The notes under the pieces are model-generated. The model saw only the letters and a list, made by a program, of their open reading frames with translations. It was not told the DNA's origin and did not search any database. Positions 1 to 8,393 of a stretch of 21,381 nt of DNA are shown here, piece by piece. Origin of the DNA: Leidyana gryllorum EB-2025a (taxonomy: Eukaryota; Protista; Apicomplexa). Positions within the stretch are counted from its first letter, which is position 1. Every line of letters begins with the position of its first letter. The stretch is taken from assembly GCA_048772705.1 (NCBI GenBank), contig JBLWGC010000034.1, positions 1 through 21,381 of the forward strand, read 5' to 3'. Made by a program: the position numbers and the translations under genes.

Positions 1-9
1 CGACCAAGA

Positions 10-76
10 GGGCTGTTCTGGGAATCGAACCAGGACTCCACCCTGAGGAGGGGTCACAGCACTAGACGAAACAGCC
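10..76 (-). pseudogene. tRNA-Pro (AGG-like) pseudogene
   Basis: GGCTGTT/AACAGCC acceptor and TTCGATT loop; deletions relative to intact Pro copies. Confidence 0.8.
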
Positions 77-164
77 GACCGTTTGGTGGTGCAAACCGCT
101 GAGTACAGTTGAGAGAGTGGTCATACTATGAGAGAACCAACACATGCGATGAGGTCTGCAGAAC

Positions 165-237
165 GGGCGACTAGCTCAAATGGTAGAGCGCTCGCTTAGC
201 ATGCGAGAGGTACTGGGATCGATGCCCAGGTCGTCCA
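165..237 (+). tRNA. trnA-AGC: tRNA-Ala(AGC)
   Basis: Full cloverleaf, CTCGC-TTAGCAT-GCGAG, eukaryotic GATCGAT T-loop, G3:U70. Confidence 0.95.
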
Positions 238-378
238 AACTTCGTACGGCTGCACCTGCCGCTATTTATTTACGGAGTTGAGAGCTTTTAATTGTGCTGT
301 GCAGCCCTTGGACAGACCTGGGCACCGCAGTATGTGTGAACAAAATCTGAGTTGCAGCAGTTGTGATTGCTGGAACTG

Positions 379-450
379 CTCCGAGACCGGGAATCGAACC
401 CGGGTCTTCCGCGTGACAGGCGGAAATACTGACCACTATACTATCTCGGA
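379..450 (-). tRNA. trnD-GTC: tRNA-Asp(GTC)
   Basis: Full cloverleaf TCCGAGA/TCTCGGA, TCCGC-CTGTCAC-GCGGA. Confidence 0.95.
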
Positions 451-529
451 CGCTAGTAAACACGCCGGCCTCCAACCCCAGAACTCCTCGCATTTTGGTA
501 TTTGACGGACAGGAAACGGGTAACACTTC

Positions 530-598
530 GGCAAGATGGGCGAGTGCTGTGTGCAAGCCGCCGTCCGAAAATGCGGGCGGAGAATCGCAACCATGTTA
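530..598 (+). pseudogene. decayed tRNA-Leu
   Basis: GGCAAGATGGGCGAGTG start and GTCCGAAA variable-arm remnant; arms broken. Confidence 0.6.
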
Positions 599-611
599 GG
601 CTGATGACTGA

Positions 612-683
612 AGCCTACTGCTGGAATCGAACCGGCGACCTTTCGCTTACTAAGCGAATGCTCTGCCCCTAAGCTAAGAAGGC
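612..683 (-). tRNA. trnT-AGT: tRNA-Thr(AGT), variant
   Basis: TTCGC-TTAGTAA-GCGAA; two stem substitutions. Confidence 0.85.
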
Positions 684-787
684 ATTCGCTGTCTCGATCC
701 ATATGAGGGTTTGATGCTGGGAATAGCATCATCTCCACCACAGAATTCATGCGTGAGTTGGTGTCTGACCCCTCCAATCACATCGCA

Positions 788-862
788 CGACAACTGCTGG
801 ATCTGCACCAGAGCGGCCCAGGCCCAGTTGAATTCCCCCCTTCCCTACTCGGGCAAGTTGAC
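788..862 (-). pseudogene. tRNA-Ser pseudogene (anticodon arm lost)
   Basis: CAACTTGCCCGAGT...CCAGCAGTTGTCG ends match Ser family. Confidence 0.75.
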
Positions 863-950
863 AACTGTCGATTCCGGCATGCGGCGAGGAGTGGCCCCAC
901 ATACGGCCGCGATAAGTGCTTATTTTCACCGCCTCCCGTGACTACCTACC

Positions 951-1023
951 GCCTCGGTAGCTCAGTTGGGAAAGCGCCAGACTGAAGATCTGAAAGTCCC
1001 GTCTTCGACCCACGGCCGAGGCA
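951..1023 (+). tRNA. trnF-GAA: tRNA-Phe(GAA), variant with T-stem mismatch
   Basis: CCAGA-CTGAAGA-TCTGA; G53C. Confidence 0.85.
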
Positions 1024-1179
1024 GAGAGGTTGTGACATTTGGTGTCATCCCTCGCACCCCCGTGCGACTCGAGCTTGCCAGCAGCGTTCCGCAGATTTTC
1101 AATGGGCAATCGTCCACTCATCAAGCACGGCATGCAATAGCTCTTCGAAGTTGGAGACCGCTAGCTCAAAGGGTAGAGT

Positions 1180-1260
1180 GCACAGATTGGGTGGTGACCC
1201 GCGGTGCCGAACTTGAGTTTGGATGGCGCAAGTCTGCATGGCTCCGAATGGCAGCCACTC
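1180..1260 (+). pseudogene. tRNA-Leu(CAA)-derived element preceded by an Ala-like 5' fragment (1153-1180)
   Basis: GCACAGAT start and GGCGCAAGTCTGCAT variable arm shared with Leu at 7152. Confidence 0.6.
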
Positions 1261-1292
1261 TTCTCGATTCCACTGTTGAGCGAGACCACGAG

Positions 1293-1367
1293 AACGGTGG
1301 GCGAGACCCGAACCCACAACCTTTGCCTCCGGAGGGCAACACGCTATCCATTGCGCCACCACCCCGC
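1293..1367 (-). tRNA. trnR-CCG: tRNA-Arg(CCG), variant
   Basis: TTGCC-CTCCGGA-GGCAA; 2-nt acceptor insertion, T-loop change. Confidence 0.8.
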
Positions 1368-1390
1368 ACAACCCACAGCCTCACTGTCTC

Positions 1391-1447
1391 AAACGCCTGA
1401 GTCGTCAGTATCGCCTGGCCCCACTGGTTCAGATCTAGCAGCTGTCG
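1391..1447 (+). pseudogene. internally deleted tRNA-Ser
   Basis: GCCTGGCCCC.CTGGTTC..ATCTAGCAGCTGTCG matches the Ser 3' half. Confidence 0.6.
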
Positions 1448-1564
1448 AGTGACGTGGCAGGCGGAGTTCAAAAAGACTCGTTACCTTATTTGAGACAGGG
1501 GATGAGTCAAGCTTGCTGAACCGTATGTGAAGCCACTGGCCGCTAAATGCCGAGTTCGACAGGT

Positions 1565-1618
1565 GGCAACTTGCCCGAGTGTTCAAGGGGGTAGACTAGA
1601 AATCTACTGGGCCTGGCC
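1565..1618 (+). pseudogene. tRNA-Ser(AGA), 3'-truncated
   Basis: 5' half to variable arm only, then switches to the Pro 3' flank. Confidence 0.8.
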
Positions 1619-1680
1619 AACGAGGTGGCTGTGTTGGTTCTGGGGGCAACTTGTCCCGTCGGATCCACTGACGACCAATA

Positions 1681-1752
1681 GGGCTGTTCTGGGAATCGAA
1701 CCCAGGACTTCTTCCACCCGAAGGCAGAATCATACCACTAGACCAAACAGCC
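1681..1752 (-). tRNA. trnP-CGG: tRNA-Pro(CGG)
   Basis: Cloverleaf, TT-CGG-GT loop; one anticodon-stem mismatch. Confidence 0.88.
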
Positions 1753-1843
1753 GCCTAGCCGGTGGTTCAACCAGCTGGGTAAAGTCGAGAGACTTGTCTC
1801 ACTACGTGAAGTATCACTCAATGCCATGAGGTAGGCTAACCCA

Positions 1844-1902
1844 GATGATGAAATGGTGGCTTACTATACGAAAGGTACTGGGATCGATTCCCAGCCCATC
1901 CG
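1844..1902 (+). pseudogene. decayed tRNA-Ala
   Basis: AAATGGT and AGGTACTGGGATCGATTCCCAG T-arm. Confidence 0.6.
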
Positions 1903-1978
1903 AGTTACATCGATGGAATGTTCGCCGGAGTAGTCTACTTGGCCTATCAACGCTGTCTGCCGAAACCACATCGCTACT

Positions 1979-2058
1979 TCCGGTGGGACGGAATCGAACC
2001 GCCGACTACCTGATGCCAGCACTACAGTCAGATGCTCTACCAACTGAGCTACCCCCGG
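1979..2058 (-). tRNA. trnY-GTA: tRNA-Tyr(GTA) with 7-nt intron (2015-2021)
   Basis: TCTGA-CTGTAG[TGCTGGC]A-TCAGG; intact D and T arms; one acceptor mismatch. Confidence 0.88.
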
Positions 2059-2087
2059 CCGTTTAACTGCTCCGGGGTTCGAAAGGC

Positions 2088-2158
2088 TCAACCCCAGATC
2101 CTCGCCCTGTCGCACTGCGGTCTGAGCACAGCGCCTTAGAGAAATCGGCCATCTTGCC
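2088..2158 (-). pseudogene. tRNA-Leu(CAG) pseudogene
   Basis: GGCAAGATGGCCGA..CTAAGGCG CTGTG-CTCAGAC-CGCAG; T-arm lost. Confidence 0.75.
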
Positions 2159-2252
2159 GGGATGTTGTTGGCTCGCCGCTCCACGCGTTTTCTGTGCTTG
2201 GAATCTCATAATGGAAGAACTTTTGGGGTTGGAGGCCGGCGTGTTCAGAGCA

Positions 2253-2324
2253 TTTGAGATAGTATGGTGGTTAGTATTTCCGCCTGTCACTCGGAAGACC
2301 CGGGTTCGATTCCCGGTCTCAGAG
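2253..2324 (+). tRNA. trnD-GTC: tRNA-Asp(GTC), degenerate
   Basis: Asp body with acceptor and anticodon-stem mismatches. Confidence 0.75.
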
Positions 2325-2396
2325 CAGTTCCAGCCCCTCACAACTGCTGCAACTCAGATTTTGTTTCAGCTGGTCTGGCCCCCTGTGGGCGCCTCA

Positions 2397-2465
2397 GGTA
2401 CTGGCAGGTTCCAAACCTGCGACTTTGTGGCTAAGAGACTTACTCTGCTGGCTGAGCTACGAGGC
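2397..2465 (-). pseudogene. tRNA-Lys(CTT)-like pseudogene
   Basis: GCCTCGTAGCTCAG..AGAG, CT-CTT-AG loop, GCAGG-TTTGGAA-CCTGC T-arm. Confidence 0.55.
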
Positions 2466-2522
2466 TCAGCTACGATGATTGGAGTTTGCGATAAGCTTGC
2501 AGGTGCCTAGTCGATGCAGTCA

Positions 2523-2594
2523 AGCCTTCTGCCGGAATCGAACCGGCGACCTTTCGCTTAGTAAGCGAATGCTCTGCCCCTAAGCTAAGAAGGC
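2523..2594 (-). tRNA. tRNA-Thr body with ACT anticodon
   Basis: Identical to Thr(AGT) copies except loop reads TT-ACT-AA. Confidence 0.85.
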
Positions 2595-2657
2595 AATTCA
2601 AAAAGGAAATGACGCATCTAACCCCGTTGAGGGAGGTTACTGAAGCACTCCAAGGAG

Positions 2658-2713
2658 CTCCACTGCCGGCCCTTGAACCCGGACCGTGGGGGTGAAAGCC
2701 GCATATCCCAGCC
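2658..2713 (-). pseudogene. tRNA-Glu(TTC), 5'-truncated
   Basis: GGATATGCGGCTTTCACC and T-arm present, 5' acceptor missing. Confidence 0.8.
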
Positions 2714-2819
2714 GGCCTCAGCCAGACCCTCATGTGATCGAGACAGGGCCTGCCTGGTTAGCTGAGGGGCAAAACGCTCGCATGGGTGCGAGGGTTGACA
2801 CCAAATGTCACAGCCTCTC

Positions 2820-2892
2820 TGCCTCGGCCGTGGATCGAACACGGGACTTCCAGATCTTCAGTCTGGCGCTCTCCCAACTGAGCTACCGAGGC
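2820..2892 (-). tRNA. trnF-GAA: tRNA-Phe(GAA)
   Basis: Fully paired cloverleaf. Confidence 0.95.
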
Positions 2893-2972
2893 GGTAGGTA
2901 GTCAGGACAGGCGGTGAAAATAAGCACTTACCGCGGCCGGCCACTCCTCGCCTCACGCCGGAATCGACAGTT

Positions 2973-3038
2973 ACCAACTTGCCCGAGTGGAGGGTAGATT
3001 TGAATTCTACTGGGCCTGGGCAGATCCAGCAGTTGTCG
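2973..3038 (+). pseudogene. tRNA-Ser(TGA) pseudogene
   Basis: Deletions in D and T arms. Confidence 0.75.
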
Positions 3039-3102
3039 TGCGATGTGGTGGAAATGATGCAATTCGCAGCATCAAAAACTCATATGGGTCGAGACAGGGA
3101 AT

Positions 3103-3174
3103 GCCTCCTTAGCTTAGGGGCAGAGCCTTCGCTTTGTAAGCGAAAGGTCGCTGGTTCGATTCCGGCAGGAGGCT
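3103..3174 (+). tRNA. trnT-TGT: tRNA-Thr(TGT)
   Basis: TTCGC-TTTGTAA-GCGAA; compensated acceptor GCCTCCT/AGGAGGC. Confidence 0.9.
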
Positions 3175-3187
3175 TCAGTCATTAGCC

Positions 3188-3257
3188 TAAACATGGTTGC
3201 GATCATCCGCCCGCATTTTCGGACGGCGACTTGCACACAGCACTCGGCCATCTCGCC
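3188..3257 (-). pseudogene. decayed tRNA-Leu
   Basis: Inverted copy of 530-598. Confidence 0.6.
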
Positions 3258-3351
3258 GAAGTGTTGCTGGCTCGCCGTTCCACCCGTTTCCCGTCGTGTA
3301 ATCTCAAAATGCGAGGACTTCTGGGGTTGGAGGCCGGCGTGTTTACTAGCG

Positions 3352-3423
3352 TCCGAGATAGTGTAGTGGTCAGTATTTCCGCCTGTCACGCGGAAGACCC
3401 GCGTTCGATTCCCGGTCTCGGAG
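3352..3423 (+). tRNA. trnD-GTC: tRNA-Asp(GTC), variant
   Basis: One T-stem mismatch. Confidence 0.88.
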
Positions 3424-3477
3424 CACAGTTGCTTTCGCTTGAGATTGTCTTTTTGGTGCTCGCTGAAAGTTGCGAGC

Positions 3478-3550
3478 TACAACCAACGAGGATCGAACTC
3501 GGGACCTTCTGCGTGTTAAGCAGACGTCGTAACCACTAGACCATGGCTGC
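3478..3550 (-). tRNA. trnV-AAC: tRNA-Val(AAC)
   Basis: TCTGC-TTAACAC-GCAGA. Confidence 0.9.
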
Positions 3551-3688
3551 ACGGAGCTTCCGGACTGTGAGAGGGGCGTGGTCTCGGGAACACACATATC
3601 ATGAACGCTCCAAGTTCGAGTAGGTCAATGCGATCCCAGTGGATTACTCCAGCATCGCCTTCTGCCCACCGGATGGCCGGACTGGAGC

Positions 3689-3761
3689 AGGCGTCACTGG
3701 AACTCGAGCACAGAACCCCCACTTCGCTAAAAGGATACCATATCCATCAGGCCATGGTGCC
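3689..3761 (-). pseudogene. decayed tRNA-Arg
   Basis: TGGCCTGATGGATATGGTATC and TTCTGTGCTCGAGTTCCAG resemble Arg at 12213 and 16383. Confidence 0.6.
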
Positions 3762-3939
3762 GGTCGACGGGGGGAGTAAGCTGAGGTACGTGGGGAAATA
3801 ACACCCAAGCTTGCGGTGGGATAGAAATGAACCGCAAAAGATCCGGGAGCCTGATTGTCATCTACGGACCTGTAATTTACAGAAATGGGACGGGCTGTAG
3901 TAGTACTCATTACTTTGTGGTCAGGAATGGAAGTGTAAC

Positions 3940-4010
3940 GCATCTGTGGTCTCTTGGTAGAATGTGTCGTTGCCACCGAGACGACCCAGGTTTGCTTCCC
4001 GGCAGATGCA
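3940..4010 (+). pseudogene. tRNA-Gly(GCC), degenerate
   Basis: Gly body, T-loop mutated to TTTGCTT. Confidence 0.8.
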
Positions 4011-4078
4011 GAGGAGATGGCACAAGGTTGATTGCGCCTTCTACGTGAATTGGTGTCTGACCCTCCAGTCACATCGCA

Positions 4079-4168
4079 CGACAACTGCTGGATTTGAACC
4101 AGCGCGGGCCAGGCCCAGCCAGGCCCAGTAGTTTCTAGTCTACCCCCTTAACCACTCGGCAAGTTGCC
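4079..4168 (-). pseudogene. tRNA-Ser(AGA) with 10-nt tandem duplication
   Basis: CCAGGCCCAG x2 in variable arm, small deletions. Confidence 0.8.
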
Positions 4169-4403
4169 ACCTGTCGGACTTGGCATCTTGCGCCCCGTGG
4201 CTTCACATACGGTTCAGCAAGCTTGAGTCGGACTGCTCGCGCTGCCCGAAGCCGCGGTCTCTCCATTGAAAGTCTAGGGGTCTACCGACGGAGCTGGCGC
4301 GGCAAGGAAGCTCGGACTTAGTAACTAGTTCCTCCCGTATTGGTCGCAGAATGTTGGGGCTTCCTCGGGTCCAGAGCAACTATTTATCAGAGATCCACTC
4401 ACT

Positions 4404-4477
4404 TGGTCACGCCCGGGCTCGAACCGGGGACCTTGAGCTTATTAGGCTCACGCTCTAACCGACTGAGCTACGCGACC
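4404..4477 (-). tRNA. trnI-AAT: tRNA-Ile(AAT)
   Basis: TGAGC-CTAATAA-GCTCA, fully paired. Confidence 0.95.
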
Positions 4478-4559
4478 ACTTCTGCGACGACAGATGGCAC
4501 CGACCCGGATGCTGGATCCCCCCTGCGCTAGAATCAAACATCAGAGCCATTCAGACACT

Positions 4560-4622
4560 GGCAAGAAGCTGTAGACGGCGCAAAGCGCTGGAAGGGCGTC
4601 GGCCCGAATCCCACTCTTCTCA
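4560..4622 (+). pseudogene. decayed tRNA-Leu
   Basis: GGCAAGA...AAGGGCGT...CGAATCCCACTCTTCTCA. Confidence 0.65.
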
Positions 4623-4647
4623 AATTGCGCCCCATACGGGAAAAACA

Positions 4648-4722
4648 TGAGGTCTAATTGAGTGATTCGAACGCCCAGTTTTCTAAGCTGAAGTCAGACC
4701 CGCTATGTTCCGCCACAGGCCC
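4648..4722 (-). pseudogene. decayed tRNA-Trp with TCA anticodon
   Basis: GGGCCTGTGGCG..TCTGA-CTTCAGC-TTAGA. Confidence 0.7.
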
Positions 4723-4791
4723 CGCTCCAGACTCATTGCATCGTGATCAGGAATGGAGATCCAACATCTTTGAGCGTTTCAGGTCATCTTC

Positions 4792-4858
4792 AGAGCACCC
4801 GCGGAGTTCAACCACGGGCTTGCGCTGACAAGCTGCTAAACCACTGAGCTATGTACCC
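4792..4858 (-). pseudogene. tRNA-Cys pseudogene
   Basis: GGGTACATAGCTCAGTGG start; anticodon arm broken. Confidence 0.7.
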
Positions 4859-4979
4859 ACGAACTGTACGTACCCACAAACTGCCCGTCATGGTCGTTCA
4901 ACCCAGTTTTATGATTCCCTTCGTTCAGAAAAATAAAAACGGCCGTTACCGTGTACGAGCTTCAACAACAAGGTGACAC

Positions 4980-5050
4980 GCATCTGTGGTCTAGTGGTAG
5001 AATGTCTCGTTGCCATCGACACGACCCGGGTTCGATTCCCGGCAGGTGCA
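4980..5050 (+). tRNA. trnG-GCC: tRNA-Gly(GCC), variant
   Basis: TT-GCC-AT loop; one stem mismatch. Confidence 0.88.
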
Positions 5051-5114
5051 GAGGAGATGACACATGGTTGAGTTTTATGCGTGAGTTGGTGTTTGACCCT
5101 CCGATCACATCGCA

Positions 5115-5196
5115 CGACGACTGCTGGATTTGAACCAGCGCGGGCCAGACCCAGTAGATTTCAAGTCTACCCCCTTAACCACTCGGGCAAGTTGCC
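5115..5196 (-). tRNA. trnS-TGA: tRNA-Ser(TGA)
   Basis: GTAGA-CTTGAAA-TCTAC, long variable arm. Confidence 0.9.
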
Positions 5197-5312
5197 AACG
5201 GTCGAATTCGGCATCCCGCAGACAGTGGCTTCACGTACGGTTCAGCAAGCTTGACTCATCCCCTGTCTCAAAAAAGATAACGAGTCTTTCGAACTCCGCC
5301 TGCCACGTCACT

Positions 5313-5369
5313 CGACAGCTGCTAGATTCGAACCAGTGGGGCCAGGCGATACTGACGACTCAGGCGTTT
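5313..5369 (-). pseudogene. internally deleted tRNA-Ser
   Basis: Copy of 1391-1447. Confidence 0.6.
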
Positions 5370-5392
5370 GAGACAGTGAGGCTGTGGGTTGT

Positions 5393-5465
5393 GCGGTGGT
5401 GGCGCAATGGATAGCGTGTTGCCCTCCGGATGCAAAGGTTGTGGGTTCGAGTCCCGCCCACCGTT
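5393..5465 (+). tRNA. trnR-CCG: tRNA-Arg(CCG)
   Basis: Cloverleaf, one anticodon-stem mismatch. Confidence 0.88.
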
Positions 5466-5497
5466 CTCGTGGTCTCGCTCAACAGTGGAATCGAGAA

Positions 5498-5578
5498 GAG
5501 TGGCTGCCATTCGGAGCCATGCAGACTTGCGCCGTCCAAACTCAAGTTCGGCACCGCGGGCCACCACCCGATCTGTGC
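5498..5578 (-). pseudogene. tRNA-Leu(CAA)-derived element
   Basis: Inverted copy of 1180-1260. Confidence 0.6.
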
Positions 5579-5732
5579 ACTCTACCCTTTGAGCTAGCGG
5601 TCTCCAACTTCGAAGAGCTATTGCATGCCGTGCTTGATGAGTGGACGATTGCCCATTGAAAATCTCCAGAACGCTGCTGGCAAGCTCGAGTCGCACGGCT
5701 GCTAGGGATGACACCAAATGTCACAACTTCTC

Positions 5733-5804
5733 TGCCTCGGCCGTGGATCGAAGATGGACTTTCAGATCTTCAGTCTGGCGCTTTCCCAACTGAGCTACCG
5801 AGGC
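5733..5804 (-). tRNA. trnF-GAA: tRNA-Phe(GAA), degenerate T-stem
   Basis: Phe body with 1-nt deletion. Confidence 0.75.
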
Positions 5805-5892
5805 GGTAGGTAGTCACGGGAGGCGGTGAAAATAAGCACTTATCGCGGCCGTATGTGGGGCCACTCCTCGCCGCATGCCGGAATCGACAGTT

Positions 5893-5962
5893 GTCAACTT
5901 GCCCGAGTAGGGAAGGGGGGATTTCAACTGGGCCGGGGCCGCGCTGGTGCAGATCCAGCAGT
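5893..5962 (+). pseudogene. tRNA-Ser pseudogene
   Basis: Anticodon arm lost, 3' end deleted. Confidence 0.7.
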
Positions 5963-6044
5963 AACACCAACTCACGCATGAATTCTGTGGTGGAGATGAT
6001 GCTATTCCCAGCATCAAACCCTCATATGGATCGAGACAGCAAAT

Positions 6045-6116
6045 GCCTTCTTAGCTTAGGGGCAGAGCATTCGCTTAGTAAGCGAAAGGTCGCCGGTTCG
6101 ATTCCGGCAGAAGGCT
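6045..6116 (+). tRNA. trnT-AGT: tRNA-Thr(AGT)
   Basis: Fully paired cloverleaf. Confidence 0.95.
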
Positions 6117-6209
6117 TTGCTCACGCACTTAAGCTTTTCTGAGTGGTCTCTCAGTGTCGATAAGGATCTGAGAGGTTTGGAGGGGAATTGCAATGCACTT
6201 TAGATTGGT

Positions 6210-6281
6210 TGTCCGAGCCAGGAATCGAGCCTGGGTTTGCACGGCCACAACGTGCTGTCCTAACCACTAGACGACTCGGAC
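6210..6281 (-). tRNA. trnH-GTG: tRNA-His(GTG)
   Basis: GCACG-TTGTGGC-CGTGC; T54C; single copy in window. Confidence 0.9.
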
Positions 6282-6382
6282 AAATCTTTGAGCAAGGCTG
6301 TAGAGGTAGCGAAGCATCTATCAGGATGGGATGGAACAGGAGCGTCAGACGAACTGCGTTGCAAGAAGTCCACTCCTCAACT

Positions 6383-6447
6383 TCGGGTGGGACGGAATTT
6401 ACTCGTGGAATATCTGATGCCACCACGTTACCATCTAAGCACCCCGA
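6383..6447 (-). pseudogene. highly decayed tRNA-Tyr
   Basis: GGTGGGACGGAAT and CTGATGCCA blocks shared with Tyr at 1979. Confidence 0.5.
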
Positions 6448-7151
6448 GTCGTGAGTGTTGTAACCCCAAGTCGCTACTCAAGGGGAACGAGGCCCAGTTC
6501 TCATCTCTGCATACTTTCGACCACAAGTCAGACTTAGAACCAAGTTAGTATTTTTGCCGACAAGTCTACCACGAATATGTCGCACACGACGGCGCAAAAC
6601 AAGAACTACGACTTGTTGTACCAAGTGCAAAAGTTATCTTAGGCCGCCTCTTGCCTGGCCCAACTCTGACTTAGCCAACTTTGCTTGCGTGTGTCTCTCG
6701 CTCTGGTGTCTCTCTCACTCCACCCATGTGCCAGTCGCTCGCACTCTTGCGGAGCCTCGCGCTGGACACACACGGTAGTTCTCCCCGACACCACACTCTG
6801 ATCATTCATGTGAGTGTCTGCACAGTTACACTGTCGCAGAGAGCTCAGACCACTAGGGTGCATTAGCCTTTACGCTTTAGTAGTAGTTGCTTTACGTTCG
6901 TTAATAATGCCTTTTCACCATCTTATACATGCCCCTATATAAGTGCCAAATATGTAGGGAAGTATCCAGATGGATGTTAATTCGATTGGAAATTTCACCA
7001 AGTCGAATTTGGCCACCCGATAGGAAGTTGACCATCAGGCAAACACGAACTACAACAGTGAGAGTACTTCGGGGCGGCACACCGCAGTGAGAACGACATC
7101 CGCGGTCGCAACGGAAGCCATTAACACTTTGGAACTCAGAAGGAAAGTAAT

Positions 7152-7235
7152 GCACAGATGCCCGAGTGGTCTAAGGGGCCAGACTCAAGTTCTGGTAGGC
7201 GCAAGTCTGCATCAGTTCGAATCCCATTCTGTGCA
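7152..7235 (+). tRNA. trnL-CAA: tRNA-Leu(CAA), T-stem mismatched
   Basis: CCAGA-CTCAAGT-TCTGG, variable arm TAGGC-GCAA-GTCTG. Confidence 0.82.
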
Positions 7236-7323
7236 ACGGCGATCATCCCAAAAAAAAGCTGGAAAAGGTCACAGTAGATTCGAGTCTCCATCCGTATATC
7301 CGGTTGCATGCACCCAAGTATTC

Positions 7324-7387
7324 GGCTGTTGTTCTGGATCCTTCCTTGGGGTGGAAGGAGTCCTGGGTTCGATTCCCAGAACAGCCC
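7324..7387 (+). pseudogene. tRNA-Pro pseudogene (GGG loop, D-arm deleted)
   Basis: CTTCC-TTGGGGT-GGAAG and intact T-arm. Confidence 0.8.
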
Positions 7388-7527
7388 TCTTGGTCGTCGG
7401 TTGACCCGACGGGACAAGTTGCCCTCAGAACCAACACAGCATTTCATTAGCCCACTTCGGTAGGGCAGTCAGGGCAACTAACATCCCGAGAATTGCATTT
7501 AGGCTATTTCTTCCATGTTGCAGACTG

Positions 7528-7598
7528 AGCACTGTAGCTCAGTGAAAAGTGTTGAGCTCATAATCCAAAGGTCCGTCGATCGAAAAGACGCACTGCTA
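7528..7598 (+). pseudogene. initiator tRNA-Met(CAT), degenerate
   Basis: A1:T72, GATCGAAA T-loop, CT-CAT-AA; several stem mismatches. Confidence 0.8.
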
Positions 7599-7647
7599 AG
7601 TGTGCGCAGAAGGGGAACCGTTATAGAATTGATTGCCTCGGGAGCAA

Positions 7648-7718
7648 AGCCTTCTGCCGGAATCGAACCGGCGACCTTTCGCTTACTAAGCGAATGCTCT
7701 GCCCCTAACTAAGAAGGC
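7648..7718 (-). tRNA. trnT-AGT: tRNA-Thr(AGT), 1-nt deletion
   Basis: Thr body. Confidence 0.85.
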
Positions 7719-7800
7719 ATTCGCTGTCTCGATCCATATGAGGGTTTGATGCTGGGAATAGCATCATTTCCACCACAGAATTCATGCGTGAGTTGGTGTC

Positions 7801-7869
7801 ACTGCTGGATCTGCACCAGCGCGGCCCAGGCCCAGTTGAAATCCCCCTTCCCTACTCGGGCAAGTTGAC
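7801..7869 (-). pseudogene. tRNA-Ser pseudogene
   Basis: Inverted copy of 5893-5962. Confidence 0.7.
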
Positions 7870-7957
7870 AACTGTCGATTCCGGCATGCGGCGAGGAGTG
7901 GCCCCACATACGGCCGCGATAAGTGCTTATTTTCACCGCCTCCCGTGACTACCTACC

Positions 7958-8030
7958 GCCTCGGTAGCTCAGTTGGGAAAGCGCCAGACTGAAGATCTGA
8001 AAGTCCCGTCTTCGATCCACGGCCGAGGCA
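7958..8030 (+). tRNA. trnF-GAA: tRNA-Phe(GAA), variant
   Basis: As 951-1023. Confidence 0.85.
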
Positions 8031-8184
8031 GAGAGGTTGTGACATTTGGTGTCATCCCTAGCAGCCGTGCGACTCGAGCTTGCCAGCAGCGTTCCGCAGA
8101 TTTTCAATGGGCAATCGTCCACTCATCAAGCACGGCATGCAATAGCTCCTCGAAGTTGGAGACCGCTAGCTCAAAGGGTAGAGT

Positions 8185-8265
8185 GCACAGATCGGGTGGT
8201 GGCCCGCGGTGCCGAACTTGAGTTTGGATGGCGCAAGTCTGCATGGCTCCGAATGGCAGCCACTC
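8185..8265 (+). pseudogene. tRNA-Leu(CAA)-derived element
   Basis: Copy of 1180-1260. Confidence 0.6.
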
Positions 8266-8297
8266 TTCTCGATTGCACTGTTGAGCGAGACCACGAG

Positions 8298-8370
8298 AAC
8301 GGTGGGCGGGACTCGAACCCACAACCTTTGCCTCCGGAGGGCAACACGCTATCCATTGCGCCACCACCGC
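8298..8370 (-). tRNA. trnR-CCG: tRNA-Arg(CCG)
   Basis: Fully paired cloverleaf. Confidence 0.94.
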
Positions 8371-8393
8371 ACAACCCACAGCCTCACTGTCTC

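Larger units (their letters stand above)
612..1618 (+). repeat. ~1 kb Thr-Ser*-Phe-Leu*-Arg-Ser*-Ser module, copy 1
   Basis: Colinear with 7648-8620; inverted at 5115-6118 and 17800-18774. Confidence 0.9.
1753..2596 (+). repeat. Ala*-Tyr-Leu*-Asp-Lys*-Thr module; direct copy at 18775-19621
   Basis: Near-identical spacers. Confidence 0.88.
4079..4860 (+). repeat. Ser-Ile-Leu*-Trp*-Cys module; inverted copy at ~14420-15200
   Basis: Colinear reverse complement. Confidence 0.85.
5115..6118 (-). repeat. ~1 kb module, left arm of inverted repeat
   Basis: Reverse complement of 7646-8648. Confidence 0.9.

Noticed and set aside
2451-2470. Hairpin GCTGAGC-TACGAG-GCTCAGC as a terminator
   Set aside because: Overlaps the 5' end of the Lys-like pseudogene, explained by a local duplication, and has no U-tract
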